From NCBI GenBank assembly GCA_026461075.1, contig JAPJNH010000051.1:65816-129815 (forward strand): DNA of 64,000 nucleotides. The letters run 5' to 3'. The notes under the pieces were generated by a model. That model was not told the origin of the DNA. It saw only the letters and a list, made by a program, of their open reading frames with translations, and ran no database searches. The translations under genes were made by a program, and so were the position numbers. The number at the start of each line of letters is the position of its first letter. Positions within the stretch are counted from its first letter, which is position 1. This DNA comes from Chitinophagales bacterium (lineage in GTDB: Bacteria; Bacteroidota; Bacteroidia; Chitinophagales; CAIODY01). Below are positions 62,128 to 64,000 of the stretch, piece by piece.

Positions 62128-64000
62128 CTTTTTCATTAGTGCTTCTACAACACTTTTATTTTCAACTACAGGATATTTATCTCTTAATGCTGCCATCCAA
62201 GTCTTTTCAAGATTAGCCATATAATCAGCAATCACATAACCCTTTGCTTCTTCAAATGACTTAACAGTACTCGGAATTACCTTTTTTACTTGCACAATAT
62301 GATAGGCGCCATCAGCTCCATACACTTTGTAAATACCAGGCTTAGCCTTCGCTGAATCTACATACGCATTGTTACCACGCTCGTATTTTCCAGCATCCAT
62401 ACTAAAATCAATTGGATGATCTGTGGTATTATACTTCAATTTCATTTGCTCGACACTCATAATCTTTTTCTTAGCAAATATTTTCTTAAAGAAAGACGGA
62501 TGAATATTAGCAATCACTTCATCTGCCATTTCATTCGTTGCACAACGATACGTGTTCGCCTCTAAACGCTCACCCCAAACATATTCTGAAGCATGACCTT
62601 GGAAGAAAGCTTTCAATCCTGTCGTATCCGTTGCTGAACGCGACCAAACATTCTTTTCTTTCAAGTCGAATAAAATCATACCATCTGTATAGTCTTTCAT
62701 CAAATCTTTAAAATCAGCATACTTAGCCTCTAAATTGTTTTCTGCATAATCCATTACGCATTTATCGACATATAAACTAAACAAACGCAATGCAATGTCC
62801 TGCGAATTGGTATAAGAACGACGACTTGGTGTACGTTGAGACAACTCTACATAATTTGCAAAATCGTTGGTTGTGTAAGTCTTATCACCTAGTTTGAATA
62901 AGGTTTTGTTTACGTTGTTCATGGAAGCCTTGAAAGAAGCTTTAAGAACAGTAGAGTCTAAGGCAGAAACCCATGCAACAAGATTTTCTGTATACTGAAC
63001 GAAATTCGCTTCCGCTTTTGCATGACGCAAGTACGCTTTCTTCGCTTCTTCAAAGCGCGCATCTTTGTCAATTAACTTTTTAATCTGATCGCGTGATTTA
63101 GCAAAATCAGTTTCCGCTCCTTTACGATCAATACGTTTGATGATATGGAAACCATAATCCGTTTTTACCGGAGCAGAGATATCTTCATTGTTTTGTAAAG
63201 CAAAGGCAGCAACTTCGAATTCAGTCACCATTTCATTCACTTTAAACCAACGAAGACGACCGCTGTTTTGAGCAGCTTGACGATCATCACTTGAATCACG
63301 TGCATAGACTTCAAACATGGCTGGATTCTTTTTAACGGCAGCAAAAATTCGATTGGCTTTCTGACGAGCAGCTTCAATTGCAGCAGCATTTGCATTCTTG
63401 GCTGCAGCAACCAAAATATGCGTAACCAACATCTGTCCTTGTGCAGGACGCTTATTTGTCACTTTAATAAAATGATAGCCTAATGATGTACGGAAGATCC
63501 CAGAAACATTCCCTACGGCGGTATTATACATTTGATTTTCGAATGCATAAGGCGTTTGCATAGCCGTAAAATAACCTAGGTTGCCATGATTAATCTTCAC
63601 AGAAGGATCTTCAGAACTTTCGGTAGCTACTTTAGCGAACTCTTCTTTGTTCTTCACCACACGATCGTACATGTTTTTAATTTTTGTGTACGCAGCTAAC
63701 GTATCTTTCGGAGAAGCGTCAATTGCGCAGCGAGCCACACAATGCGATACTTCAACCTCATATTGATTACGATCAAAAACTTCTTTATAAATAGACTCCA
63801 ACATCCCCTTATCTACCAAATAATTTTTAGCCAATTGCTTGCGGTAGGTGCCTAATTCTGCCTTAATAGAAGGCAACGTATCCAAATGTTGCGCATGCGC
63901 TTCCGCTACTACAATTTTGTAGTTTTCATACATCATCAAATTATCACGCATTTCAGCCTCTGACTGACCTGCATTCTTATTCAAATTGTACTTCTGATAA
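62125..64000 (-). CDS. Parvulin-type peptidyl-prolyl isomerase (SurA/PpiD-like), 5'-truncated by the window edge
   Basis: The frame stays open to position 64000, and the track's start is a TTG codon. Two rotamase signatures (SLGYHFIKV, DYGFHIIKR). Confidence 0.85.
   Translation of the reverse strand, partial: YQKYNLNKNAGQSEAEMRDNLMMYENYKIVVAEAHAQHLDTLPSIKAELGTYRKQLAKNYLVDKGMLESIYKEVFDRNQYEVEVSHCVARCAIDASPKDTLAAYTKIKNMYDRVVKNKEEFAKVATESSEDPSVKINHGNLGYFTAMQTPYAFENQMYNTAVGNVSGIFRTSLGYHFIKVTNKRPAQGQMLVTHILVAAAKNANAAAIEAARQKANRIFAAVKKNPAMFEVYARDSSDDRQAAQNSGRLRWFKVNEMVTEFEVAAFALQNNEDISAPVKTDYGFHIIKRIDRKGAETDFAKSRDQIKKLIDKDARFEEAKKAYLRHAKAEANFVQYTENLVAWVSALDSTVLKASFKASMNNVNKTLFKLGDKTYTTNDFANYVELSQRTPSRRSYTNSQDIALRLFSLYVDKCVMDYAENNLEAKYADFKDLMKDYTDGMILFDLKEKNVWSRSATDTTGLKAFFQGHASEYVWGERLEANTYRCATNEMADEVIANIHPSFFKKIFAKKKIMSVEQMKLKYNTTDHPIDFSMDAGKYERGNNAYVDSAKAKPGIYKVYGADGAYHIVQVKKVIPSTVKSFEEAKGYVIADYMANLEKTWMAALRDKYPVVENKSVVEALMKK

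Noticed and set aside
1-64000. Search for CRISPR arrays, tRNA/rRNA genes, IS elements, integrases, or phage and defence-system genes.
   Set aside because: The largest non-coding gap is 154 nt, and all gaps are explained by promoters or terminators. I saw no direct-repeat/spacer periodicity, and no transposase, integrase, nuclease, ATPase or methylase-like ORFs. The island shows no flanking repeats or tRNA that would mark mobility.

Overview
This is a 64-kb chromosomal window from a low-GC Bacteroidota genome. The phylum call rests on T9SS C-terminal sorting domains, a PorP/SprF gene, TonB-dependent receptors with CarboxypepD_reg-like N-termini, TAnnTTTG -7 promoter boxes close to start codons, and little Shine-Dalgarno signal. 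The family cannot be determined by eye. I call 36 protein-coding genes, 30 of them on the minus strand, tightly packed (largest intergenic gap 154 nt). I saw no rRNA, tRNA, CRISPR array, transposase or integrase. Ordinary content includes ispE, ribE, hppD, metK, an S41 peptidase, hutI, an arginase-family hydrolase, an SRAP peptidase and a 5'-truncated parvulin PPIase. There are also two surface-polysaccharide operons (51-6618 and 50649-55192) and two TonB-dependent receptors. The unusual content is seven very large secreted proteins with T9SS sorting domains. Together they occupy 26,754 nt, about 42% of the window; five carry type B (CHU_C / gliding-motility) CTDs and two carry type A. The core is a 24-kb island (22049-46241). 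Its best candidate for something undescribed is an apparent operon (39897 down to 25902, ending at a strong terminator). It encodes three paralogous type-B cargo proteins of increasing size (873, 1544, 2109 aa). They share two Cys-rich modules that I cannot assign to a named family, and a 125-aa secreted protein is wedged between them. Next to this operon lies a triad of a 1100-aa type-B cargo, a PorP/SprF gene and a charge-segregated disordered lipoprotein. That PorP/SprF is the only one in the window. All domain calls come from motif reading, not database searches.
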